From Paragordius varius (taxonomy: Eukaryota > Animalia > Nematomorpha): a stretch of 64,000 nucleotides of DNA. The notes beneath the pieces are model-generated. The model was given only the letters and a program-made list of their open reading frames with translations. It searched no databases and was not told the DNA's origin. Below, in pieces: positions 36,482-50,647 of this stretch. The translations under genes and the position numbers were made by a program. The stretch's first letter is position 1. Each line of letters starts with the position of its first letter. The stretch lies in the NCBI GenBank assembly GCA_964247055.1, contig OZ176058.1, positions 4,960,001-5,024,000 of the forward strand, read 5' to 3'.

Positions 36482-37300
36482 TTAATATAATGAAAAATTT
36501 TTTTTATGTATTTTAAAATTATTTATAAAAATAATTTGTTAAATTACAAAATTTCCAAATCTAATAAAGTATATAAAAATAGGTGTTAAATTTTCATTTT
36601 ATAAATAATATAATACGTTTTATAATTGTTTTATTTTAAAACAAGATAAATTTTCATTATATAAATAATATAATACGTTTTATAATTGTTTTATTTTAAA
36701 ACAAGATGGTTTATCTTAAATTATATCATAAAAAAATAAAATGTGATAAATAAATAAATTTTTAAAATAATTAAAAGGTTAAACAGATACATATATCACG
36801 CTTGGAACATTCCAAATAGTAGAACAGAAAAGATATATTAGAATTGTAATAGCTCAGAACAATTATGATAAAAAATGGATTAAAAAAGTAGCGGCAAGTA
36901 ATTGACTCAATGTGCGCCATCCATTTTACTTAATACATTACTAAAATTTATACAACACTTTTTATATTTCAATAATACTTCACCAATAGGATCATATTAG
37001 TAGTTATCATTGAAACAAAAAAAACCAAACTGCAAAACTTCCTAACAAATGTGGCAAGTTTTTAATATTTGGGACCTTGGTAAATAATATTAGCATATTT
37101 TTCCGTTTTGTCTGTATATTTAATTTTATTAATTTGTTATCGACTGCTAAAAATGACTTGTATAAATGACTTGCAAGAGATTCCAAATTTTATTTTACAA
37201 TTATAAATTCTCCGCGATAAAATAATCGATCATAACCTAAAAGAATTAGTATTGGTATTGGTTAATAATTTAAGCTACGGTTTTAACTTTTTTACTTATT

Positions 37301-40300
37301 TATTATTATTATTACATTACATGTTTTCACTCGTGAGAGCGGTCATGTTATACAACCTGTCTCGCCATAAAACTCTATCTATGGCGTCCTCTGCAATAAG
37401 CTCGTACTTTGCTAGCTCTCTTTTTACTGTATCTATCCATTTTGTTTTAGGCCGCCCACGTCCTTGTTTTCCCTCAACTATATAACCATCTATTATTTTT
37501 GCAATGTAATTAGAATCTCTCCTTTCAATGTGCCCGAACCAACGTAGCCTATTTTTTGACATTCTTTCCACTATTGGTTTAATATCTGTGCTCCCACGAA
37601 TAAATCTATTCTCGATTCTGTCCTTTCTAGTTACCCCACACATCATTCTGAGCATTTTCATTTCAGTCACGTTAAATTGTCTTTTTTCGGATTTTTTGAC
37701 ACCCCATGTCTGTGAATTATACATCATTGAGGGCTGGACAACTGAACTGTAAATCTTACCTTTCACTCTAACATCAATATTTCGATCGCATAATACGCTC
37801 GAAATTTTCTTCCAATTTACCCAGCTGCTCTTTATTCTTAAATTAATATCGTCAGTTAACGAACCATCTGCACTTAACATAGCTCCCAGATATTTGCAAC
37901 TTTCTTTACCCTTCAGAACCCAACTATCATCAACTACCATTTCATGTTGTGGACCCCCAAAAGTAATAAGTTCGGTTTTTGCTTTATTTACTTTCAGACC
38001 ATATTGATCCAGCATAACAACCCATCTGACCGTTCGCTTTAACTCAATTAATGAATCAGACAAGATGATTATGTCATCTGCATACATTAAGTACCATCCT
38101 GAACTCACATTAACAACCTTGGCTACCTCGTCCATACAAATTATAAACAATAAGGGGCTGAGTGATGAGCCTTGGTAGACTCCATGCTTTATTGAAAAGG
38201 GCTCTGATAAACCTTGTGGAGTTTTAATCCTGGAGGTGTGTGATTCGTACATTATTTGTAACAACTTAATATAACTTTCTGGCACCTTTTTACGACGGAG
38301 ACTCTACCAAATAGTTTCTCTAGGAATCCTGTCAAACGCCTTCTCTATATCAATCAAAACCCCGTGTAATTCTTTCTTTTTTTCAATGTCTTTTTCAATC
38401 AACCTCCTAACCGAATGTATAGGATCTACTGTTGACTTTCCTGGCATGAAACCAAATTGATTTCCTTCTATAGATATCATTTTCCTGATTCGCTTCTCAA
38501 TTATTTTTTCAAACAATTTCATAGTGTGCGACAAAAGTTTTATCCCTCTATAGTTACCACATTCATTTATATCACCTTTTCCTTTAAATAAAGGCACAGT
38601 TAAACTTTCCTTCCATTCAACCGGGATTTCATACGTTGAAACAACTTTATTAAATACACGCTCCAAAAAATTTAATCCAGAATTTCCAAGCACTTTCCAA
38701 CAATTTATATTTATGTCGTCCGATCCTACAGCTTTGTTGTTTGGCATTTCTAACAAATTAGATTCTACTTCCTTTTGTGTAATTGCTTCTATTGGTCTAT
38801 CAGTAGCTTCAACTGTATTTGGCAAAAATATCTCGCCTACCCCTTCATCTAAACTCACAAAGTACTCTTTCCATCTTTTTAATATTTCTACATTTTCGCA
38901 CAGCAAGCTTCCATCTTTTCCTTTTATTGCAGTCGCATAACCTGGCAAATCCATCCTGCGTTTATTCCTTTGCTGCGCAACTTTATACACTTTGTTTAAA
39001 CCTTGTTTACTATTTAACTCATCATAAAATAAATTCATTTTTTCTTTCTTAACCTGACCGACTAATTTTTTCAATTCCTTATTTAAACTTTTATACTTAT
39101 CTCTATCATCATCCTTCCTTGTATGTCTCCATTTGTCAAAAGCCTTACCTTTTTCTCGTGACATCAATATTATTCTTTCATCGTAAAGCCAAGCCTCTCT
39201 GTATACTTGAGATTTTCCGCCTTTTAATCCACAAACTAGAGTTCCTGCCATTTTGATTAACTGACTTACTTTATCCCAATCACCATTTAACCCTCCATCC
39301 TCGGATAACCGTATTTCTTTTATAAAAGCCTGCCTTTTTTCGGATAATTTCTCCCACTTAATACTTTTTAATCTCTTTGAATAAGAACCACTTTGTTTAG
39401 ACTTTTCTTTCACGAAAAATTTACAAATAAGTAAATTATGTTGCGAACTAACCTCTAAGTTTGGCACGACCTTACAATCTATTACAAGCTTCAATAAATC
39501 TCTTGGAACAAGTATAAAATCTATTTGAGATTTGTTTATGCCGCTCTTAAAAGTTACCAGATAACTTTCTCTTTTTTCGAAAAACGTGTTCGCTATCGCC
39601 AAATTGTGAGATTGTGCAAATCTGAGCAAATTAATTCCTTCCTCGTTTCTTTCTCCATAAGAATGTCCCCCGTGCCATATTTCAAAAGATTCCCTTTTTG
39701 AACCAATATGACCATTAAAATCCCCACATAAAAACTTGACTCTGAGGTGAGGGAGAGCGATTATTTTTTCATCTAGAGTCTCGTAAAATTGCTCCTTTTC
39801 TTGTTTCGGTAAACCTATTTGCGGGGCATATATACTAAATACCGTTATGACCTCGTTACCTACCAAAATATCTTAATTCATGATTCGGCTGTTATAGCGT
39901 CTTACTTCTTTAACCTGATTGGACAATTTGGGATTAATGATAATTGCCACTCCATTTCGTCCGCCACTTTCACCTGAGTAATATAGTCGACAATTCTCTT
40001 CCAAAGTCCTTGCTCCGTTTCCGCGGTAACGAGTCTCTTGTAATGCCAAAATATCAATATGTTTAACTTTCATTATTCTCACAATATCATTTAACTTACT
40101 TTTCAATGAACCAACATTTAAACTAGCAAAATACAGGCATCTCGTATTCCTTTTCATTCTCTTTGTATTATTGGCCACAACACCAAAACCGCGGCTGGCC
40201 AGGCCTGACCGGTTATTACTATACACATCAATATTCATTTGACAGCTTTAAACAAACAAAAATAAAAATAATAAAATTGAAGTGTCGAGCTAATTATGAC

Positions 40301-40707
40301 AAATTGATAGATGTTAATAAAACCTAGGCTATAGGTAAAAACGGAAATTATATTTCGCAATAAAAAAAATTAAAGCAAAATTTATGTATAAAACAATATA
40401 AATCAAGGGTTATTTTATGTGTCATAGTAAAAAATAAAATAAATAGTGCTACAATACTTATCCAAGAATACAATCTATATATTTAAGAGAATATTAATAG
40501 GCAAATTATAGGAAAAGGCCAACGGTTAGTCCTACGTCCAAAAACAAAAATGGGAATAGGTATGTTATAACAAAATTTAAAGTATAGGATAAGTGATAAA
40601 AGATAGAATAAACTTTGAAGATAAATAGATATAATATAAAATAAATAAGAATTTAGATTTTTCTTTTGTGTAATGGACGAACGCGCGCGCGTAACAACAG
40701 TTGTGTG
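37301..40707 (-). mobile_element. Full-length RTE-clade non-LTR retrotransposon
   Basis: 17-bp TSD taacttttttacttatt at 37284-37300 and 40708-40724, (TAA)n 3' tail, and ~470-nt 5' UTR. The uninterrupted empty site is visible in the paralogous segment near 20700. Confidence 0.95.
37317..40238 (-). pseudogene. RTE APE-endonuclease/reverse-transcriptase ORF (974 codons) with two in-frame stops
   Basis: The three ORF-track pieces share one frame, split only by TAA (39873-75) and TAG (38304-06). APE motifs SLNVGSL, LQETR, GDFNGH, SQHNLL; RT motifs YRGIKLL, QFGFMPG, QGSSLSP, YADD; C-terminal GRGRPKTKW. Confidence 0.93.
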
Positions 40708-41199
40708 TAACTTTTTTACTTATTCGGGTTAACAAATTTTTAAAAAACGACGATGGTTTAAAAAAGAAAGCTCGTATACACAACAAAAAAAAAATTATGA
40801 TAAATAAGTGAAATAAAATTTTTTTAAAAATAGATGGCCTATATTCATCTTCTTATATTTAATTGCGCTAATATTAACAACCATTTTTGTTTATAATATC
40901 TTTATATACAATCTAATTATTCTTCAATATCTAATCCATTTTTTTGAAAATAAAAATAATTTGTTATCCGTAATTGACCATATCTTCTCTTCTGTACAGC
41001 GACTTGCCAGGTCTTGCTTGCATTATCATTGCAAGACCCATTTTTACATTAAAAATGAAGATGAATTATATTTATTCTGATAAAAAGATGTATCAATATT
41101 CTCATTGGGTTTTGGCTTTGGGGTTTGCAAGTGATTTAAATATTTTTAGAGATTATTTATATACATAGGATCAAAATATTTTTTTGTTTTCTCTGTGTA

Positions 41200-41439
41200 C
41201 AAACTTGAAATTATACGGACATAACGCAAAAATATAAAGACAAATATTTTTCTAAAAGACAACCATAATTTTAATTCTTGATTTTTTTCAAATATCAAAG
41301 AATAAAATAGAAATGTATATTGGTAACATAATCAATTATATATTTTATAATTGATTTAAAACTAAAAAGTATGGTTGTCTTTTAAATAATAATTGTCTTT
41401 ATATTTTTACGTTTTGTCAGTATAATTACAGTTTTTACT
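41200..41439. mobile_element. MITE family M1
   Basis: gaaattatacggacataacgcaaaaatataaagacaaat ... tataattacagtttttact. Confidence 0.72.
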
Positions 41440-42099
41440 TTAATTTTGGAAAGGTGCATTCTTTACAATTTGTTTATTATGCATAAACAAAAAAGTGTAA
41501 ATATTTTTTCATATCAGCACAAAAACTAAAGGACCATGAAATTTTTTTTATACCCTTTTTTCAGTTGTATTAAAAATTCAAATTAAAGCTTGAAAACGAT
41601 CTTTTTTAGAAAACAACTATAATAATCTAAATTCATTTATATAAACTTTATAAATGAAAATATAAAATATATGAATGATTGTATTACCAATTTAAGTAGA
41701 TATATATCGTAAAATCTTCTGGTTAGGAAAGACTATTTATACCAGCATTTCTATTCCGATAATTATAATATCTTGTATAAATTTACTATGAATCAAAAGA
41801 TATTATAGAAGTTTATAAAAAATGTACATATAAGCATTTCGTGTTATTTTTATTTACATTGTATAATTGTAAACGAAGTGCATGTTATTCCAAATTAGTT
41901 AGTTTACAAAAAATTTTCCGTCACTGTAACAAGATTTTCTTTATTTATTCGGTAATTTATAAATCAAATATAATTTGCAATATGTTATTTCATATATTTA
42001 TCGTATTTTAGGAAAAAAATAACTTTTGCCCATGGATAAATGGCTGTTAAATAAGAATGGTAGATGATAAGCCAACAAACTCTTCTCAGACAGAACAAA

Positions 42100-44155
42100 G
42101 TATTGAAAAAGACATCTAATGTGAGATAAATAAAATATAATGAGTCTTTTCTTCAATTTGGCTTTACATTTCAAAATTGTAAGGGAATGAACAACCTCTT
42201 TGTTGGATCTGCAATGAATTTTTGGCTTCGGAGAGTATGAAACCATCAAAATTAAAAAGACATTTTGAATCAAAGCATGTTTCATATGTCAATAAACCTA
42301 AAGAATATTTTGAAAGACTGTTCTTTAAATAAAGAAAAGAAAAACATGGAAAAATTTATCACCGTTAATGAAAAATATTTACTAGAATCATATGAAGTTT
42401 TATGCTGTATTGCTAAAAATAAAAAGCCGTTCACCATTAAATAAAATCTTGTGTTACCTGTTGCTATTAAAATGGTAGAACTACTACATGGAAGAACATA
42501 TGGCGATGATATTCGAAAGATTCCTTTGTCGTACGACACTATGGAAAATAAAATTTCTGATATTAACAACGATCAATTAACACAACTTATGACAAAAATT
42601 TAAGAAAGGCCAAAATTTTTGCTTCATTTGGATGAAAAAACTGATATTACAAAATTGGCTCGTTGTTACTATATGACAAATACGTTTATAAAGAAAGCGT
42701 GGAGAAATTTGTTGTGTGGAAGACCAACCTACAGAGAATAATGTATATCGTAAAGTTGACGAATTTTAAAAAGCAGGAGGTTTAGAATGGAAAAATCGCT
42801 GTTATATATGCACAGATGGTGCAAGTGCGATGACGAGAAAAAATATTGGTTTATAAATTATTTTTTCAAACTACTTATTATGATCATATAACTTTTAAAT
42901 TACCTCATTCACCGAGAGGCTTTAGCAAAAAAATAGCATCAGAATTGAATCATGTGCTTGAGGATGCTGATAAGGTTATATTATTAAGATCCATGCTCTT
43001 AACAGTCGCTTATTTTTAAATCTCTGTAAGGATATGGATTCCAACTACACAACTTTGTTATTACATGCAAAAGTAAGATGGTTGTCTAAAGGTCAGAGTT
43101 TAAAAAAATATTGTTATTAAAAGGCGAGATCGAAATATTTTTAACTGGACGAAATTGTCAATTTGTTGATTTATGACTTGTGGCTATCCATGCTCTGTAA
43201 TTTGTTAGATTTTTTGCGAATTTAAACGATCTAAACTTGTCTATTCAAAGAAAAAATTGCGATAATTTACTTCAAAAGATAAAATTAAAAGTTTTATTAA
43301 AAAGATCAGCATTTGAAAAAGTAGGTTAGAAAAAATTCCTTAGAAATGTTTTCCAGTGTCGACAATTTTGTAATTGAGAAAATTCATTGTAAAACTTATA
43401 TTGAAAAACTATTGTAGATCACTTAAAAGCGCTAGAAATACAGTTCTGGACATATTTTATATTAAATGCTGATTTACAAAAAATAGGTTGGATTTAAAAA
43501 CCGTTTTGGATTGGCTTAAGTAAGATTGATCATCTGCCACTTAAAATCAAGAGGAATTTGTTAGCTTTCGTGTTCATACTAAAAACTACAATTCCAAAAA
43601 AGCCCTTGTCTGAATTCTGGATCGGAGCTAGAACTGAACCCACAATTTCCGATTAGGCGTTAAATGATCTGTCACTCAATACCACATATTTATATGAAGT
43701 TACATTCTCAACAGCTTTAACACACATTTAATCTCAATACGTTCAGCGATAAAAAAAGTTGAAGAGATCCTACCTTCATTAGTTTCAAACATTACGCCAA
43801 GATTTGATTCGTTATGCGATAAAAAACAGGCACATCCATCTCATTAAATTTTTAACGTAAACTTAAATTCAATATTAACCCGCAACTACAGAGAGAATGA
43901 AGACGGTTAGAATCCACTTTAGTTTCTGAAAAATATAAAAAAACATTTCTATAGCATTTCGCGCAAATCTCAGTTTTAGATTTTTTAATGTTTCAAAACG
44001 AATTCTAAATTTAAATATTTTCATATGCATATGTATATTGTTATTTAATAAATATATTAAAAATATTAATTTATTTTTCTTTAATATTTGTTAGGGTCGT
44101 TAAGAAACCCGCAATCATAAATGGGGTCAGGAATGACAAAAATTTGAGAAGTCTG
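42100..44155 (+). pseudogene. Decayed hAT (Buster/Charlie-like) transposon, copy 2, with its right end retained
   Basis: KYNESFLQFGFT..QPLCWICNEFLASESMKPSKLKRHFESKH ... QAHPSH* (stop 43845-47). Right end ggggtc...aaaaatttgagaagtctg is followed by ctcTAtgt, fitting the Buster nnnTAnnn target preference. Confidence 0.85.
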
Positions 44156-46395
44156 CTCTATGTAATAATGTCATGTTTAAACAATGTGTTATATTTGAAA
44201 ACATGATTGTCTTTTAAAATTAAATTTTTGTTTTTATGTTTTTGCAATTTTTCTGATTGAATTTTTACCGTAAGTAGAGCAATTTAGTCGTTATTATATA
44301 AGTCGTAAGCCCACAAACCACATTTTTATATTCTAATAATCATTATATATATATATATATATATATATATTTCATTAGGATATTTTTTATATCCGACGAT
44401 ATAAGGCACTGATAGAAGACTAGGATATTTTTCGGGATTAAATTAATTAAATCACGTGTGGTCATATAAAAATAATGTTTTGAAAACTCTGAATTTAAAT
44501 AGCTAATGAAAATAATAAACCCAAAATTAATTAGACTATTGTCATATTTTATTATAATAAAAAACAGTGAAATTATTAAAATAAAATAATTTTTTTGGTA
44601 AAGTTTTTTAAAGGCAAAAATTAATTTCTGGCGAACAGCTATCCATAAAAGGTTACACATATTAAAAATTTATTTTCCAATTTAGAAGCCTTATAAATAT
44701 CGAAGCTTATTGATACATATGCTAAAATTATTTATTTAGTATTTGATTTTGCTGTATAATCAAAATTAAAATCATTAAACCAAAACCGTTTCAATAATAA
44801 CGGTTTTGTAGACCAAGTTTTAAATATATTGTGGCAAAGTAAGTATTGTTACGCTATTATATAATAATTTATAATAACTGATGTATCTATAATTTCTATC
44901 CTTTAGATTGCTTAATATTTGCAATATGAAGTATATAAAAACCGTTTATTCAATTTAAAGTACTAACATTAAACAAATAATTTGGTTTTTATTGAATTAT
45001 CTTTGTAACCCTGACCTTCTTTGCCTAGTTACGGGTAATACTTCAAGCTATTAATGAACTCATATGGCTTCATAAAGTTTCAATAAATCAGCTCCAAAAC
45101 AACGCAATTGCTATATAGTGCGCAGTTTTTGGCGGGTATACCCAGGGGTAAAAAAAAGCGTTGGGCAAATTTTTTGCCTTAATAAAAACAATGTCTGGAA
45201 TTATCATGGATTCCTTATGTTCCTATTAGTCTCATAGGTTTTTTTAAATTTGGCTCCAAAGGCATGCTGCATCGATATGGCGACGCAGTTGTAGGTGGGT
45301 AGCCCCCTATCCAGAGGCCAATACAAAACAAGACGTTCGATAAAAATATTGCCGTATAGGGAAAATCATCATTTATTCCATATGTTCTGAATAGTTTATG
45401 GAAGAATGGCTTCAAAACTAGATAATATTTCAATGATAGCGCATTTTTCAGGGCTAAAATGGCTATTTAATCGCTAAAAAACCGCTCGACTTAAATTTTT
45501 GTCTTTTTATGGATAATAATTTAGCCCCTTATAAAACTTATATGGCCTGATTTAACTCTAAACAACGCATTTTTGATATGATGGCGCAGTTGTAGGCGGG
45601 TAGCCCACTACCCAGAGGCCAATAAAAAAAATGTAGTTAGATAAAAAAAATTGCCTTTATAGGATACCTGGAATCCTCATTCAATTCCATATGTTCTGAA
45701 TAGTTTATGGAAGAGTGGCTTCAAAATTAGATAATATTTCAATGATAGCGCATTTTTAGGACGTAAAGGGCCTATTTAACCGCTATTCTAAAAAATCCGC
45801 TCAAATTTTTGACCTTTTACGCGTAATATTGCAGGGATTGAACTCATTGGCCTGATAGGTTTTCTGAAAGTTAGCCCCAAAAGCACGCTATTTCGATATA
45901 ACGGGTCAGTTTTTAGCGGATATTTCCTTACCCAGGAGCTATCATCAAAGAAACGCTTGACTAAAATGTTTGCCTTTTAACAGGAAATACCTGGAATCCT
46001 TATTGAATTTTTACGGTCTCATACCAGTGGCGAAACTATAAATTGAATGCACCTCCCCCCAAAAAATCTTTAGCAGTTATCTTTTCACCTGGCGCATCAC
46101 TTAGACTCGTAGAAATATATATTTAAATTTACTTGTCTTGCCATCCTGAGTCTAAATGTTTTGCGTTCTTTATATATGATAGTTAGTACTTACCCCCCAC
46201 CCTAACCACCGCCAGTCCTTAATCTTAACTTATTAAGATAATTAAATAACTTATTAATCGCATGTATTAATCAGAAAATATTTTAAAATTACGTTTTCTC
46301 GATTTTGCGTGAGCAAATTTTCTCTTTCTATTTATACCTTTTTTATCCGTTTGATCGGGTTTTTAATTTTTGCCTTCTTTTTTGTTCACTTTTAA

Positions 46396-46970
46396 CACTT
46401 GGATACAACACACTCATTTTAGTCCTTCGATTCAAATTGGGGTAGTTAGATACCCCGGGCCTGTTTAAAATCAAATACTTAAAAAAGTATGGAAGGAATC
46501 GAAACCATGGCAAAATTTTGCATTTATATAACATTAATAAACCGAAATATATAAAAAATTTTATTCAAAAATACTTGATATTACTTATTTTGAGCTAAAA
46601 CCGAAAGATAAAAATTTCGTTAATGTGTCAAATTTTAAAATTAAAAAATAATACAAAATAAACCGCTTTTTCTATTTCTATCAATGTTAGATGTAATTTA
46701 TATAAAAAAATAGCTTTAGTTTTACCCTTAAAATTAAATGAAGACGATATTTTGCAAAAAATTTGGAAAATAAAAATGGCGTCGAAGTAGTTTGAGATGG
46801 AACTTTTTTTTCAAAACAAAATTTTATCAAGATATTTTGGCATATTTATATAATATTTATCAGGATAGAAGCATAAATTTAAATTGAGACCGTTTCCTTC
46901 CGTAGTTTTTTAAAAATTTTAATTTAAATTTAGTCTGGGGTATTTAGATACCCCAATTTGAATCGAAGTG
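46396..46970. mobile_element. TTAA-flanked piggyBac-like MITE, family M2, with visible empty site
   Basis: TTAA at 46392-95 and 46971-74. The paralogous position 31113-31116 has a single TTAA with continuous flanks (gttcactt|ttaa|aactgc). Confidence 0.92.
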
Positions 46971-49900
46971 TTAAAACTGCAAAAAATTATAAAGAAACAC
47001 ACATTATCATTATGACTAAAAATTAATGGATTGTGAAAAAATTGCATTTTTTGCTCTTTCTTCCTTTAACTCAATATTATTAAAATTATGAACCTATTTG
47101 GTAAAAAAAATTATATGTAAATTATTTTTCACACTGCATGATAAAACATACTATATTTTTACGTATATGAATATATTATTGCAAATGCGATTTTATTTGT
47201 AAATTTTGAAATTCGTACCTTTTTTAAAAATAAACGCCATCTTTATATTAAATATGGAGATTACTTTCTTAGTCTAACTTTGCAATTACAAGTCATAGTA
47301 TTTCCTATCAAGCAATAGGTGGATGTATGGAACCAAAATTTAAAGAGGACAGTGTTTATCACGTGTCATAGTGTGAGACGCCTTTTGTCCTTGTTGTGGA
47401 CTCATCAGCCATACATAATGAACATAGGTAAACACTGTCAGTTAGGAGTTTGTATATATACTGAGTATTTTAGATTTAAGACTAATCAAAGATGGTGAAA
47501 GAAAAAACAGAGAACTTAAGGCCTGGAGAGGGCAACCGATTGTAATCAGATCTAATCAATTATCATATCTCCTTTTAATCCATTAGCCGTACTATTACTT
47601 CTAATTACAAAGGTAAACTAAGAAAATAATCCTCATAACATTTATATTTTATAATTTTTAATAACAAAATAATTTAACACTTGAAAATTATAGGTTTCAT
47701 TTACTTTTGTTGTCAATTATCTATACCCATTTATTTATTTTTAACTATTTTTTAATTTTTTATGGTGTTAACTAAAGAGAATTTTAGAGTGTTTATTAAT
47801 TATCAACTTGAAATAAAACCGCTTATTGAGATAGTGAAAATGCATTTTATTGCTCTTTCTTCCTTTCAATTAATAATAATTTCTTTATTCTTTGCCAGTA
47901 TACTTACAATCAGGCAATTATTACTTACATATCTGTAAATAAAAAAGGTAATAAATTTTAGGCCCTCAGTCAAAATAGAAAGGGGACCTAAATTTAATAT
48001 TAATAAAAAAGGCCCCTTCGCACTACTCCCCCTAGCTCCCCGTTATTTCGCCACATACTTTGGGCGAAAAATAGTTTCAAAAAATTATTTTTGTGGACTT
48101 AGTTTTTTGACAAAAATGGTATTTTACGGGGTAGGGGGGGGGAGTAAAATCGGCGCAATCGTAAAAAATGTAAAAAAATCATATTTGAAATCGAATGCTC
48201 CACCACGTTTTCCGGAAATGTCTCAAAGACACGATTTTTGTGGACTTCTGTTTTCAAAAAAACCCATTTTCCACACGGGGTGAGCCCAAACTGGTGGCCT
48301 AATTTAAAAAAGAGCTAAGCTATTGTCGGGGCATTCATTAATGATTATATTTTTCGACATTTGGATTTGAATGGGTCTACCGGTTTTCCGGAAACAGATC
48401 ACAAGCCACCACTCTCCATTTTTATAAATATATAAATTACTGTGGCAAATTTTAAATATTTATATAAAACTTAGTCGACAATGACTCATAGGTGTATTAA
48501 AAAAATATTTTCTATGCAATAAACAGAAAAAAATCAGGACTTGAAACCAGAACCGTTGTTCCACGTTAAAAGCCGCAACCGGAATAGTGTTAAAATTTTA
48601 ATAACCGTTTTGGAACATGTTCCTTCATTTAAAAAACCGGTTCTGGAACTGAACAAAATATAAAAAACAGGAATTTTTACCAGCGAGAACCGTTTAAGGA
48701 ATCGTACTACAGACCAAATATTTTTAATTCTTTTATATATTGTTACACTCTTATGTTATAATATGAACTACATTAAGTATATTACTCTTTTAAATATTTT
48801 TGGTATGGAGAAGAAATACTTTGAGTTAGATCAAATGAAATAAATTCTATAAGAGGAGCAACATGTTAAAAATCCAATGCTCTTATCTGCAGTGTATTTG
48901 GATCTTCGTTTTGAACGGGATCATAAGAGGTAAAATGCACTGCAAGATATACATAAAAGTATGTCGAATGAAGCTAGGAATAATTTTGATATGTATTCGA
49001 TTAAAAAAATTAACATTTAGACAATATCAAAATCATTGTGACAGATATATTTATAGCGCGAATTTATTGTAAGAAATATAAAATATATATATATATGTAT
49101 ATCATTTATAAAGGATAGAATATATATTTGGTGATTTAACTTCATTTTTACCCACCTACACAAAAATTTAGAAAAATTATCGGAATATCGGTAATATTTT
49201 ATATATTACTTATATTTTGGTCAGTGTAAAAAGAACATATAAAATTTATTTGAATCATAGATCATCATTGACACAAGATGTATGTAAGCCATCATTTTAA
49301 AGATTGAACAAAAATATATGGATATGATTCTTATTAAATTACCTTTGTACAAAATATATAGTTTATCTCCATTTATCCAAGTTTTTTTTATATCTAATTA
49401 AATTTATAAATTAGAAATGCTTGTAGGAATAATTATACAAGACAGCAATTTTTAGCACTTAATTTATTTTGCATAATTTTATATCATTTTATTAGTATAT
49501 CTGAAAAAAAAACAAATTCCACCTAAAAATTTTGTATAATTTGATTTTTTTTAATTATGTGCTCTCTTTATCATTTATAATTTTTTAACAAATATACAAC
49601 GGCACATTCGTAATATATTATTTGAATAATGAAACCTCTATAAAATGTATATATATGTTTTACATCGATATTAATATTGGACATAGGAAGAAACAATCTC
49701 AATATATTTTTCAATCCAATGATGAAAATAGACAAGCTTAGATGACGCAGAATGTCCAAAAAAAATAACATAAAAAACTTTTTTGATTAATACACTTATT
49801 TATTGTTTTTATGCCATTCAAAACTGATATTTTTAACTTTTTTGTTTTTTAAAAATTACCATCTTATCAATAATAATTTATTTTCGTTTTTAGGTTTATA

Positions 49901-50583
49901 ATTTCGAAATTTCAACTAAAAACAAAGAGGGATTGTCATTCTTTTATACGATGTAATAAATTAACAGCTATAACTATGCATTTTATCCATTAGGTAAATT
50001 AATTTTGTAAACAATTTGATAAAAATAATTTTTAAAAAAAAAGAAAACCAAATGTTTTCAAAAGATTTTTAATTTACTAATCTAACTCTAATAATTATAT
50101 TAAAGTAATTAATACGATTATTTAATTAGTTTGTCTGTGAAATTATGATTGTAAAGGTTGAAAATTGTCATCATATACACACAAATAACTTTATCTGATT
50201 GATGTAAATGACCAACTATCATTCAAAATAAAATAATACTTCTAAAAAGCGTAAAGTTCGAAATGAATTGATTAAGTTTAAATGATAACTTAAAAATTAT
50301 TCGAAAAGTGATTAATAATTGATTTTGAATGGTCAACCCACACAGACCTTGGTAATTTTATATGAATCATTTATGTAAATAAACTAAGTGTAATAAGTCA
50401 GCGATATTGATATCTCTCTTTGTCTTTAACCTTGAATTTTTTGGTGAAACTATATATTGTCATTCGACTCTTTTTCAAATCACCTAAAACACTAAGTCCT
50501 TAATCCATTTGTAAATGCTATAGAAGGGGGCGCTTTGATATCTAATTTTATATTTCTCTTTTTTAACCATTCCAAATTTATAA

Positions 50584-50647
50584 ATGATGAATTCTTTTTG
50601 TGCCATTGCATGCTTGTTCCTGATAATGCAAATGCCCATGGTTAGAG
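50584..50647 (+). CDS. Secreted protein gene A, exon 1 (signal peptide)
   Basis: MMNSFCAIACLFLIMQMPMVR(G) is a hydrophobic leader. Phase-1 donor G|GTCAGC joins exon 2 in frame. Confidence 0.68.
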
